Assembly: GCA_963716175.1 (NCBI GenBank)
Contig: OY970296.1
Coordinates: 480,001 to 544,000 of the forward strand
Length of the DNA stretch: 64,000 bases
Direction of reading: 5' to 3'
Source: an uncultured Armatimonadetes bacterium
Lineage (GTDB): Bacteria > Armatimonadota > Hebobacteria > Hebobacterales > Hebobacteraceae
The notes under the pieces are model-generated. The model was given only the letters and a program-made list of their open reading frames with translations. It ran no database searches and was not told the DNA's origin. This document shows positions 18,410 to 27,106 of this stretch, piece after piece (the stretch's first letter is position 1; each line of letters starts with the position of its first letter). Made by a program: the position numbers and the translations under genes.

Positions 18410-19453
18410 ATGAGAAGAGCGAAGGCGAAGCTGCGCGCGGGCGTGATCGGGATCGGCATGGGCCGGCTGCATATGGAGGGATATGCCACCCATCCGCGCA
18501 GCGAGCTGCTGGCGGTATGCGATCTCAATGTGGCCAGGGCAAAGGCATTGGCGGAGAGATGCGGCGCCCGCTACGTCTTCCGCGACTGGCGCCAGCTCAT
18601 CGCCATGGATGAGCTCGACCTGGTCTCGGTGGCAGTTCCCAATTATCTCCATGCCCGCATGACCATCGCCGCCCTGCGGGCCGACAAACACGTGCTGTGC
18701 GAAAAGCCGATGGCCACCCGGCTGGAGGACGCGGAGATCATGGCCCGGGAGGCGAAGCGGGCGAAGAAGCGGCTGATGGTAGACATGAGCTATCGTTTCG
18801 ACCCGCTGCAGCAGGAGATGTGGCGCCGCATCCGGCGGGGCGACCTGGGCCGCATCTACTACGCCAAGTCGCACTACACGCGGCGCAAGGGCATCCCGCT
18901 GGGGGCCAGCGCCTGGTTCATCAACAAGCGCCAGGCCGGGGGAGGACCCAGCGTTGATCTCGGTGTCCACGCCTTCGATCTGGTGTGGTGGCTGATGGGG
19001 TCGCCCAGGCCCACCTGGGTGCTGGGCTCGACCTATGCCGAACTGCTGCCAGAGCGAGCGTCGCAGATGGGGGTGAAGGGCGATGTGGACGATCTCGCTG
19101 CTGCCGTGGTGAAGTTCGATACCGGCCAGACCATCTTCTTCGAGGCGAGCTGGGATGGGCACGTTCCTGGGCATGAGGGCTACGAGCTTTACGGGACCAA
19201 GGCCGGGGCCACTTGCCACGACTGGGAGAGCGATCTCAAGGTGACCATCCATTCCGACGACCGCCGCGGCAGGTCGGTGGACAGGCCGGTGAAGGCCACC
19301 CGCAAGACGCCTAGCGCCTATTGGCACTTCGTAGATGCCTGCTTGGATCGGCGCCTGAAGATGACCGCCTCCGCCGAAGAGTGCTTGCACGTGGCCCGGG
19401 TGCTGGATGCCATGAACCGATCGCAGAAGACCGGCAAAGCGATCATGCTGTAG
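18410..19453 (+). CDS. Gfo/Idh/MocA oxidoreductase
   Basis: GVIGIGMG, VPNYLH, HVLCEKPMA, GGG..DLGVH. Confidence 0.93.
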   Translation: MRRAKAKLRAGVIGIGMGRLHMEGYATHPRSELLAVCDLNVARAKALAERCGARYVFRDWRQLIAMDELDLVSVAVPNYLHARMTIAALRADKHVLCEKPMATRLEDAEIMAREAKRAKKRLMVDMSYRFDPLQQEMWRRIRRGDLGRIYYAKSHYTRRKGIPLGASAWFINKRQAGGGPSVDLGVHAFDLVWWLMGSPRPTWVLGSTYAELLPERASQMGVKGDVDDLAAAVVKFDTGQTIFFEASWDGHVPGHEGYELYGTKAGATCHDWESDLKVTIHSDDRRGRSVDRPVKATRKTPSAYWHFVDACLDRRLKMTASAEECLHVARVLDAMNRSQKTGKAIML

Positions 19454-19579
19454 GGCGGGGTCTCCCGATGGCTAGGCCCTTCGGGCCGCCATCCCGGCCT
19501 CTACAGGCTTAGGGACCCCGCCAGGTGTGTCCAGAAGACAGCGCTCACTACACGGCGGGCATGGGAATGCCCGCCCTAC
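19450..19579. repeat. Inverted GTAG-type REP pair (REPIN-like)
   Basis: GTAGGGCGGGGTC...GACCCCGCC on the plus strand and GGCGGGCATGGGAATGCCCGCCCTAC at 19554-19579. Confidence 0.7.
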
Positions 19580-19610
19580 AAGGGCTTGCCACTCAGAAAG
19601 GAATCGCCCA

Positions 19611-20465
19611 ATGATGCCTCCCGCCATCTGGACCGGGATCTATGCGGCGAAGAACACCTGCGACACACTGCGGGCACTGCGCGCCATGGGCTGGCAGTGG
19701 TTCGAGCTTTCCACCGAGCACTTGCACCAGATCGAGCAGCACAGCCGCCAGCAGGAGCAGATCGGGGCCGTGCGGGCGACTTTGGAAGAGTTAGCAGCGA
19801 GAATGCCCCAGGCCCACGCCCACCTGGAGGCGGACATCGCCCATCCTGATGAGTCACGGCGCGAGGCCGACATGGAGCGCATCCGGCGCGAGCTGATCTG
19901 CTGCGCGGACCTGGGCGTTGAGTACGTCGTTCTTCATCCCGGCACCGGCGAAGGGCACAGCAGCCCGGAGGAGCTTCGCCCTATCTACCAGCTCGATCTG
20001 CGGAATCTGTCACGCCTCGCCGACCAGGCCGGGGAGCTGGGGGTGAGGATCGGGCTGGAGAACACCATGGATTACTCGGGGAGGCGGCACTTCGGCGCCA
20101 GGCCTAGCGAACTGCTGGACTTGCTGGCCGACCTCGACCACCCCGCGCTGGGCATCTGCGTTGACACCTCCCATGCCCATGTCCAGAAGCTCGATATCGG
20201 GGCCGCGATACGGGAGTTCGGCCAGCACCTGTGCGCGACCCATATCTCTGACAACGACGGCTCCGGGGACCAACACCTCACCCCTGGGAAAGGCACCATC
20301 AACTGGCCCGCGGTGATGGCCGCCTTCAAGGAGATCGGCTACCAGGGCATCTTCAACCTGGAGATCCCGGGCGAGTCCGAGTTTGGCACGCCGCCCACCC
20401 CGGAGGTGCTGGAGGCGCGCATTCGGGGCGCTTTCGAAGTCGCCCAGCGGCTAGTCAGTTCGTAG
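19611..20465 (+). CDS. Sugar phosphate isomerase/epimerase (xylose isomerase-like TIM barrel)
   Basis: VLHPG, GLEN, DTSH, HISDNDG..DQHL.PG.G.INW, YQG..NLE. Confidence 0.9.
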   Translation: MMPPAIWTGIYAAKNTCDTLRALRAMGWQWFELSTEHLHQIEQHSRQQEQIGAVRATLEELAARMPQAHAHLEADIAHPDESRREADMERIRRELICCADLGVEYVVLHPGTGEGHSSPEELRPIYQLDLRNLSRLADQAGELGVRIGLENTMDYSGRRHFGARPSELLDLLADLDHPALGICVDTSHAHVQKLDIGAAIREFGQHLCATHISDNDGSGDQHLTPGKGTINWPAVMAAFKEIGYQGIFNLEIPGESEFGTPPTPEVLEARIRGAFEVAQRLVSS

Positions 20466-20473
20466 GGGAGCTG

Positions 20474-20497
20474 GTAGGGCAGGTCCGCGACCTGCCC
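20474..20497 (+). repeat. GTAG-type REP
   Basis: GTAGGGCAGGTCCGCGACCTGCCC, differing by one base from 24484-24507. Confidence 0.75.
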
Positions 20498-20520
20498 AGC
20501 AATCTGGGTATGCTCCTGGC

Positions 20521-21729
20521 TCAAGCACCGGCGAGAACCTGCGCGATCCTCTCCCCCAAGAGCTGCTCGATCCATGGCTCGACCTCCCAGAAGCTCTTCA
20601 GGTCCTGGTACTCGCGGATGAACCTCTTGTCTCCCGCTTTGAGGCCTGACCTCGCCCGGATCATCAGGTTTTTCGTGGTGTGCTCGGGGGAGGCGAATTG
20701 CACCACATCGGTGCGATAGCCCACGATGCGCAGCACCAAGGCGCGGAAAGCGTCGGTGAGAATGTCGGCGGTTCTCTCCCCCAGAATGCCGTGGCGCAGC
20801 ACCGGGCGCATGACCTCGGCCTTGAGCTGGGTATGAAGCTCGTGCTGGCAGCACGGAGCGGCGAGGATGACGCGGCTTCCCCAGAGGATGCCCTGCGCGA
20901 GGGCCTCATCGGTGGCGGTGTCGCAAGCGTGCAGGCTCAGCACCACATCCGGCCGAGTCTGAGGCGCGAACTCGGCAATGCGAGCGACGTGGAACCCCAG
21001 GCCATCCCAGCCCAGGGAATCCCGCAGTTGGTCGCACTTCTCGATGATCTCTCGGTTGCTATCAACCCCGGTGACATGAGCAGGGATGCCGCGCAGGTGG
21101 TTCAGGTAGTGGTAGGCGCCGAAGGTGAGGTAGGCGTTGCCACACCCGCAGTCCACGATCTCAAGCGGGCCGGCAGCGAAGTCCGCCGGTTGCAGCATCT
21201 GCTGCATTAGCGTGAGAAACTCGTTGATCTGGTGGAACTTGCCCTGCATCGTCGCCCGCACCCGGCCGTTGCGATCCATGATGCCGATGGCCTGGAGGAA
21301 AGCGTCGGGCGCGTTGGCCGACAGCGGGTAGGCCTTCACCCGGTCGTGCGAGAGGTCGGGCTCGGATTCGGCGCGCGAGGGCTTGCCTCTCCCAATCAGC
21401 ACTCGGCCCCGCTTGGTGATGCGGACATGCAAATCACCCGAGGTGGACTGCGCCAGGAACTGAGTGAACGGGAGCGCGAGCAGCTCGTCCAGCCTGGCTG
21501 CAACGTCGTCTCCTGCGAAGTTCTTGGTGATGTCCTTGCGGCCATCGAAGTAGGAGAACTGCATCCGGCGCCGGCCCCTCAGCAGGACAGGGCGCACCAC
21601 TGCCTTGATCCACGGCACCTCCGCTCCCCGCAGCTTGCCGCTCACGGTGAGGCGCAGGAAGGTGGGCTCGTCGAGCACGGCCGCTCTCACCATCGCTCTG
21701 TAGTCTGCCTGCCGCTCGGACTTAGCCAT
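20521..21729 (-). CDS. SAM-dependent methyltransferase (Methyltransf_32 type)
   Basis: KFHQINEFL, IVDCGCGNAYLTF, LHACDTATD, PCC, HTTKN. Confidence 0.9.
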   Translation of the reverse strand: MAKSERQADYRAMVRAAVLDEPTFLRLTVSGKLRGAEVPWIKAVVRPVLLRGRRRMQFSYFDGRKDITKNFAGDDVAARLDELLALPFTQFLAQSTSGDLHVRITKRGRVLIGRGKPSRAESEPDLSHDRVKAYPLSANAPDAFLQAIGIMDRNGRVRATMQGKFHQINEFLTLMQQMLQPADFAAGPLEIVDCGCGNAYLTFGAYHYLNHLRGIPAHVTGVDSNREIIEKCDQLRDSLGWDGLGFHVARIAEFAPQTRPDVVLSLHACDTATDEALAQGILWGSRVILAAPCCQHELHTQLKAEVMRPVLRHGILGERTADILTDAFRALVLRIVGYRTDVVQFASPEHTTKNLMIRARSGLKAGDKRFIREYQDLKSFWEVEPWIEQLLGERIAQVLAGA

Positions 21730-22771
21730 GCACGTCTCCAGCACGCCATCGGGCCGGGCTCTCGATCCCGGCCAGTATCGTCTCGGCCGCCCATGCCAGC
21801 TCGCCTGGCGGCGCGTTCTTCCCCCCGATCAGCCAATCGAGGGCCGCGTCCAACGCAAATGCGAGCGCAAGAGCCACGGACCCTTGTTCCGCGGCCGCAC
21901 CCACCTCGGACCAGTAGCGGCGCAGGAATCGCCGAACCAGCCCCGTCCGCTCTCGAGGCACGACAGGGAGAGTCGCCAGCAGGCCGATGATGCAGCTTCC
22001 CAGATCGCGCTCGCACGGGTCCAGCCCCGCGTGGTCCCAGTCTATGATGCCCGAAAAGTGCTCACCTGTCACCATGATGTTGGGAGCCGAGAGATCGCGG
22101 TGTGCGAGGCCCGCGCGGCTTACGGAGACCGGGGTCGCAGCCAGCACTGCAGCTCCCTTGAGTATGATCTCCGCGATGCGCTGGTCGCCCCCGGTCGCCC
22201 GCTCCGTATACCACTGTGCGTCCTCCGCGAACATCGCCGCGACGCGCCGGCTGACTTCGTCGAGCGCGATCCCGCGCGAGCCAGCAGCCTTGCCATCAAG
22301 TCTTGTCAGGCGGGCGATTGAGGTGGCAAGCTCATCCACCAGCCTGGTCCTGCTAATCCCGCGGATCGCTCCGATGCAGCGATCCAGCGGCTCACCGCTA
22401 TAGCTGGTAAGGAGCGTTGGCAGGCCAAACAGGGCCGCTTCCCTCTCTATGCCAATGCTTGTGGGGACAGGTACTACGCCGCGCACAAGTTCGAGGGCCT
22501 TCGCATGGCGCCCCAGGCCGTCCTTTCCCGCATCCGAATCTTCATAGAACTTGATGCATATGCGGCCAGCTCGCGCGTCCTCACAGATGACTACGCGGCT
22601 CGCCGCTGGCGTCACCCCATCATCGCGGCCAGAGGTAGGATTCGTGATCGCTCGCACCTCACGCAGCCCGTACCTCGCCAGGCCGGTGACGACTCGCCGC
22701 CGGGCATCCGAGCCCGCCCTGGCGACATCCGCCGCATAGTCAACCGGGTTCATCATAGCTGTCAGCCCCAT
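21722..22771 (-). CDS. Aminoglycoside phosphotransferase (APH)/kinase-like protein
   Basis: HRDLSAPNIMV and IIDWD catalytic motifs; start uncertain. Confidence 0.8.
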   Translation of the reverse strand: MGLTAMMNPVDYAADVARAGSDARRRVVTGLARYGLREVRAITNPTSGRDDGVTPAASRVVICEDARAGRICIKFYEDSDAGKDGLGRHAKALELVRGVVPVPTSIGIEREAALFGLPTLLTSYSGEPLDRCIGAIRGISRTRLVDELATSIARLTRLDGKAAGSRGIALDEVSRRVAAMFAEDAQWYTERATGGDQRIAEIILKGAAVLAATPVSVSRAGLAHRDLSAPNIMVTGEHFSGIIDWDHAGLDPCERDLGSCIIGLLATLPVVPRERTGLVRRFLRRYWSEVGAAAEQGSVALALAFALDAALDWLIGGKNAPPGELAWAAETILAGIESPARWRAGDVHG

Positions 22772-22948
22772 CGTCGAAGAGCTGCTCCCGATCCTGGGTG
22801 TTCACGCGCATTCCCTTCCTAGTGCCTCGGCGCTCTGTGCTGCCTGCGTTCCAGGCCTCGTCATGCCACCGGCGTCCACGCCGTCGGGTCCAGCGAGCGC
22901 CCCGGCGGCGCGGTGCGGCCCGAGGTTTGTCCTCGCGGTCCGGTGTCC

Positions 22949-23557
22949 TCATCGCGCCCCTCCTCTTCTCTCCTCCCATCTCTCGCGGGTGAGGTGAAAG
23001 CTGAGCCCGTCGTACCAGTCGCCGCGCACCTCGCGGCACCGGAGATCGCGCTGGATCAGCACGAAGCCGCACTTCTCGGCCACGCGCACCATGCGCAGGT
23101 TTCCGGACCAAGTCGCGGTATGAATGCTGGCAAAGTTGACTTGAGTGAACAGGTAGTCCATCCACAACCGAAAGGCCTCAGTGCCGAGGCCTCGGCCCCA
23201 GTAGGCGGACTCGCAGATATCCACGCCGATCCAGATGGTGCGCTCGGCCGGATCATAATGGTAGGAGTTGACCCAGCCAAGGAGCGGGCCGCCAATCGCC
23301 TGGATCCAGAGCTGCTTGCGGGGGGTGGGAAGCGGCTCGACCAGCTTCTCCAGGAAGCGGATTCGGGCCGCCTCGTGCTGCTCCGGCGGATCGGGAGAAG
23401 AGACACTCTTGCCCTCCCAAGGGGCATCCCAATCCTGCCAGATAGTCTCTACCGTATACCAGCGGCACCGCGCGTCGAAGTCCTCGGGAAGGGCATCGCG
23501 CAGCAGTACCCTCCGGCCCCGGATCTCGATCCGGCCGGTGTCTCCGCTTAGAGGCAT
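22949..23557 (-). CDS. GNAT N-acetyltransferase (RimJ/RimL type)
   Basis: WDAPW, YWGRGLGT, TWSGNLRMVRVAEKCGF. Confidence 0.9.
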   Translation of the reverse strand: MPLSGDTGRIEIRGRRVLLRDALPEDFDARCRWYTVETIWQDWDAPWEGKSVSSPDPPEQHEAARIRFLEKLVEPLPTPRKQLWIQAIGGPLLGWVNSYHYDPAERTIWIGVDICESAYWGRGLGTEAFRLWMDYLFTQVNFASIHTATWSGNLRMVRVAEKCGFVLIQRDLRCREVRGDWYDGLSFHLTRERWEERRGGAR

Positions 23558-24462
23558 TACCTTCCTCCCATCTCCAGGAAGCTCTTCAGCCGCTGAGCGT
23601 CAACGGCGCCGGCGCGCACCGCTGCGGTCAGCGCACAGCCCTCCTCCCCTCCGTGGCCACAGTTGGAGAACCGGCAGTGGCCCAGATAGGGCCGGAGATC
23701 GGGAAAGGCGGCGGCCACCTGATCCGGCGAGACTTCCCACAGGGCGAGCTGTCGCAGCCCTGGGGTGTCGGCGATCCATCCGCCGAAAGGAAGCTGAAGG
23801 TAGGTGATAGAGGTGGTGGTGTGCCTTCCTTTGTGGGTCACCTCCCCTACTTCCCCTGTGCGCAGACGCAGACCGGGAGCGATGGTGTTGAGCAGTGACG
23901 ACTTGCCCACGCCAGAGGGCCCGATGATCACCGATCTGCGGTCCTTCAGCAGCTCCCGCAGCCCGCCCGTCCCCTCGCCCCGCAGGGCAGAGGTGTAGAG
24001 CAGGTGATCGGCCACTCGCTGATAGGTGACGATGCGCTGGCGGAGCCAGGAGGGCGGCGCCAGATCGCACTTGTTGATGCACACCACCCGGCGCAGGCCG
24101 GCCGCGGTCGCCACCACCAGCAACCGGTCGAGCATGGAGAAGTCGGGGCGCGGCTCAGCCGCCGCGAACACGATGATCGCCTGGTCCACATTCGCCGCGA
24201 GCGTCTGCTGGAGCGGCTCATTGCCGGCCGCGGTGCGAGAGAAGTCAGAGCCGCGCGGCAGCACTTGCTCGATCACGCCGCGATCGCACTCCAGCAGGCT
24301 GACATTCACCCGGTCGCCGGCAGCGACCGGCGCCGCCTTCCGGCGCTTATCTTTCTTCAGTTTTCCTCGCAGCACGCAGCGCACCACGCGCTGGTTCAAC
24401 AGCACATCGAAAACCGCCCCGTGATTCTCGATCACGGTCCCTTCGAGCAACTGATTGGTCAA
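23557..24462 (-). CDS. rsgA: Ribosome small subunit-dependent GTPase RsgA
   Basis: OB fold then circularly permuted NKCD, GPSGVGKSS, GRHTT, DTPG; C-terminal CRFSNCGH...C zinc site. Confidence 0.95.
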   Translation of the reverse strand: MTNQLLEGTVIENHGAVFDVLLNQRVVRCVLRGKLKKDKRRKAAPVAAGDRVNVSLLECDRGVIEQVLPRGSDFSRTAAGNEPLQQTLAANVDQAIIVFAAAEPRPDFSMLDRLLVVATAAGLRRVVCINKCDLAPPSWLRQRIVTYQRVADHLLYTSALRGEGTGGLRELLKDRRSVIIGPSGVGKSSLLNTIAPGLRLRTGEVGEVTHKGRHTTTSITYLQLPFGGWIADTPGLRQLALWEVSPDQVAAAFPDLRPYLGHCRFSNCGHGGEEGCALTAAVRAGAVDAQRLKSFLEMGGR

Positions 24463-24483
24463 CTGGTCTTCCTCTCTGTCTAG

Positions 24484-24507
24484 GTAGGGCAGGTCCGGGA
24501 CCTGCCC
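24484..24507 (+). repeat. GTAG-type REP
   Basis: GTAGGGCAGGTCCGGGACCTGCCC. Confidence 0.75.
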
Positions 24508-24520
24508 GATTGGTCAGGCC

Positions 24521-24554
24521 AAAGCAAACGCCACAGGCCTCTCGGCCTGTGGCG
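24521..24554 (-). terminator. Intrinsic terminator (attenuator) in the rsgA leader
   Basis: Minus strand CGCCACAGGCC-GAGA-GGCCTGTGGCG followed by TTTGCTTT. Confidence 0.8.
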
Positions 24555-24583
24555 GTAGATCGGCGTTCCGCTGACGAAAGGCG

Positions 24584-24661
24584 TCAGCGCGCTATCGCGT
24601 CCTCAGGCATAGGAGGCAGGTGGTGAGCTATTGGGTATAGGATGTAGGTGTTCTTGGTCAT
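24584..24661 (-). CDS. Putative leader peptide MTKNTYILYPIAHHLPPMPEDAIAR
   Basis: Strong SD (AAAGGAGGGGGTG) before ATG; lies between a consensus promoter and a terminator upstream of rsgA. Confidence 0.65.
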   Translation of the reverse strand: MTKNTYILYPIAHHLPPMPEDAIAR

Positions 24662-24707
24662 CTCACACCCCCTCCTTTCCTGGGGAATGCACTGCCAGCC
24701 GAGCGAC

Positions 24708-24736
24708 AGTATACGCGCTGCGCCCAGCCTCGTCAA
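24708..24736 (-). promoter_or_regulatory. Sigma70 promoter of the leader-rsgA operon
   Basis: TTGACG-N17-TATACT on the minus strand. Confidence 0.75.
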
Positions 24737-25338
24737 GGCCTTCCCTCTGTGTCTTGCAGTCGTCGAAAGGCCTGATAGTCCGGCTTGTCGTAGGGCGTCC
24801 CCAGACCGGTGATGAAGCTTGGCACGCCGACCGGCCGCCGGCCTTCCAGCAGGTCGCGGGCCAGGGCACGCAGTTCGGAGGGGAAGAGCGGCTCGTGCTC
24901 GATCTGCTCCAGAGTCACCCACTCGGCTGTGGCACCGCGGATGTCATCAGGCCTGGGGTCTGCCGAAGCGCTCGGGGAGAGCTCGGCCCACAGGTACGCC
25001 TCAAGCCCATAGGCGTGGCCAGGGCACGGTCCCTTCTCCTGCTCGAATCCCCACGCCTCCACCTCTGCTCTCATCTCTTCCAGAGACACCATCTTCGGTA
25101 TCACCCACTCGCGCAGGAACGCGACCGACCGAACTCTGACCTGGAGGCCGGTCTCCTCCAATACCTCCCGCTGGCCGCACTCATAGAGGCTTTCGTTCGG
25201 CTCCAGGCCTCCGCCAGGTAAGCACCGGTAGGGATCGCGACCGCTGCCGTCCGGCAGCGGTGGGAACAAGAGCATTCGCCCATTCCGCAAGATGATCACT
25301 CGCGTTCGCACATTGCGATAGATGTTGTGGGTGAACAT
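24733..25338 (-). CDS. NUDIX hydrolase
   Basis: Nudix box PGGGLEPNESLYECGQREVLEETGL. Confidence 0.9.
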   Translation of the reverse strand: MFTHNIYRNVRTRVIILRNGRMLLFPPLPDGSGRDPYRCLPGGGLEPNESLYECGQREVLEETGLQVRVRSVAFLREWVIPKMVSLEEMRAEVEAWGFEQEKGPCPGHAYGLEAYLWAELSPSASADPRPDDIRGATAEWVTLEQIEHEPLFPSELRALARDLLEGRRPVGVPSFITGLGTPYDKPDYQAFRRLQDTEGRP

Positions 25339-25352
25339 GTCGGATCAGTTTC

Positions 25353-25412
25353 GTAGGGCAGGAGCCTGCCTCCTGCCCCCTTCTCTGTAGGGCGGGCATG
25401 CCTATGCCCGCC
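25353..25412 (+). repeat. Tandem GTAG-type REPs
   Basis: GTAGGGCAGGAGCCTGCCTCCTGCCC and GTAGGGCGGGCATGCCTATGCCCGCC. Confidence 0.75.
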
Positions 25413-25487
25413 GCGGGGTACGACCATCATGGCGGGTAAGGTTCACCCGCTTGCTGTGCGGACACGGCCGCAGGCTGGGAGCCTGCG

Positions 25488-26255
25488 CTACTGAAGCCCG
25501 CCCCACTGCGGCTTCCGCGCCTTCCAGATGATGGTCGCCGGGACCATGCGCTGGCGCGCCGGGGAGTAGTAGTCGCCCCAGTCCTGGCCGCTGCCCTGGT
25601 CCACCGGCTCCGGCTCGATGATGTCCAGCACCTCCAAACCGGCCGCTCGCAGCAATCGGAACCACTCGCCAACAGTGCGCTGAAACTGGGCGACGCGGGG
25701 GTGGGACTTCATCCCTTTCTGCTCCCAGGTGTAGGAATAGGCGGTATCGAAGTAGCTGCTCTCGATCCGCAGCTCATCGTCTGCCAGGCAGTACCAGAAC
25801 GGGTGGTCCAGGCTGAAGACGAACAGCCCCCCCGGCCGCAGCACCCGCGCCACCTCCGCGAAGCACCGGGCGATGTGCTCGACGTACATGAGAGCGTAGG
25901 CCGAGAAGACGATGTCCTGGCTCGCGTCTGCGAGGGCCGACAGGTCGTCGGCTGAGCCCTGCAGGAAGGTCGCCTCTACCCCATTGTCGGCGGCCAGCTT
26001 GCGGCCAAACTCAATCTGGGCATCAGACAGATCGAGGCCGGTGGCGATGGCGCCGCGCTTGGCGAAGGCGATGCTGCACTGCCCTCCTCCGCAGCCGATT
26101 TCCACCACACGTTTCCCGCGTACATCGCCGATCAACTGAAGCTGATCCTCGTTCGGGCAGTGCGGGCCATAGTGCACGAAATCGGTCGGGATCTTATGCT
26201 CGGCCTGGTAGTGAGGCGAGATCTTATTCCAGGCCTTGCGCATGTCAATTCGCAT
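25488..26255 (-). CDS. Class I SAM-dependent methyltransferase
   Basis: VVEIGCGGG, GLDLS, RVLRPGG, HPF. Confidence 0.92.
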   Translation of the reverse strand: MRIDMRKAWNKISPHYQAEHKIPTDFVHYGPHCPNEDQLQLIGDVRGKRVVEIGCGGGQCSIAFAKRGAIATGLDLSDAQIEFGRKLAADNGVEATFLQGSADDLSALADASQDIVFSAYALMYVEHIARCFAEVARVLRPGGLFVFSLDHPFWYCLADDELRIESSYFDTAYSYTWEQKGMKSHPRVAQFQRTVGEWFRLLRAAGLEVLDIIEPEPVDQGSGQDWGDYYSPARQRMVPATIIWKARKPQWGGLQ

Positions 26256-26266
26256 ATCAGCCTCCG

Positions 26267-27106
26267 TCACAGCTTCACCGCCACCACTCGCCCATCGCCC
26301 ATCTCGCCCGATTGCCACTGGGCGATATCGGTGTGCAGGCTTTGATAGGCCTTCCCCACCCAGGCCTCGCCCATCAGCTTGCGATAGCGCCCTTCCTGCT
26401 CCTCCAGCTTTCGCCTAGCAGGGAGCCAGCCGCACTCCAGATCGAACCCCGAGATGTCCTCGGCGCTGATCACCCGATACCCCATGTGCGTGACCCTCTC
26501 AGCCACCTCGTCAAGGGAGAGAAGTCCGGGATCCCTGCTGGCCGCGCGGCGGATGATCCCAGTGAAAGCCACCCGTCCGCCTGGTACCAGGAGGCGCGTA
26601 ATCTCCCTCATCCAGCTCAGGTCCGCCGGGAAGGTGCACTGCGACCAGGCCACAGTGAAGGAAGTATCGGGCAAGGGCACTGCCTCCACGCTGCCGCAGA
26701 TGAAACTCACCTTGTCATCTGAACGACGGAGGCGCGTCAGCCGCTTGGCTACCGCGACATGCACGGGCGAGATATCAACACCCACCACCGTGCAGCCGTA
26801 ATCGCGCGCCAACTGCCGCGCCGGCCCGCCCACGTAGCAGGCGAGATCCACCACCCGATCGGCCGCGGTGAGGCGCACCAGTTCCGCCATCCGCGTGGTA
26901 TCCTCCGCGCCTCCGAGATGGTACTGCTCGCCCAGCAGAATGGCGTCAACGGACTCGTGATTATGCGGCAGCAAGCCGGCGGCCAGCAGCGGTTCGAGCA
27001 GTGCGGCGATCTGCTGCTCCGTATCTCCAGCCAGCTCCAGGCGCCAGCCCTCAATCAGCTTCTGGACCCTTCTCACCTCGGCCCCTTCTGTTGCCGCGCC
27101 GCTCAT
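26267..27106 (-). CDS. Class I SAM-dependent methyltransferase (sarcosine/dimethylglycine or sterol MTase-like)
   Basis: EQYHLGG, VVDLACYVGGPAR, GVDIS, LVPGG. Confidence 0.85.
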   Translation of the reverse strand: MSGAATEGAEVRRVQKLIEGWRLELAGDTEQQIAALLEPLLAAGLLPHNHESVDAILLGEQYHLGGAEDTTRMAELVRLTAADRVVDLACYVGGPARQLARDYGCTVVGVDISPVHVAVAKRLTRLRRSDDKVSFICGSVEAVPLPDTSFTVAWSQCTFPADLSWMREITRLLVPGGRVAFTGIIRRAASRDPGLLSLDEVAERVTHMGYRVISAEDISGFDLECGWLPARRKLEEQEGRYRKLMGEAWVGKAYQSLHTDIAQWQSGEMGDGRVVAVKL

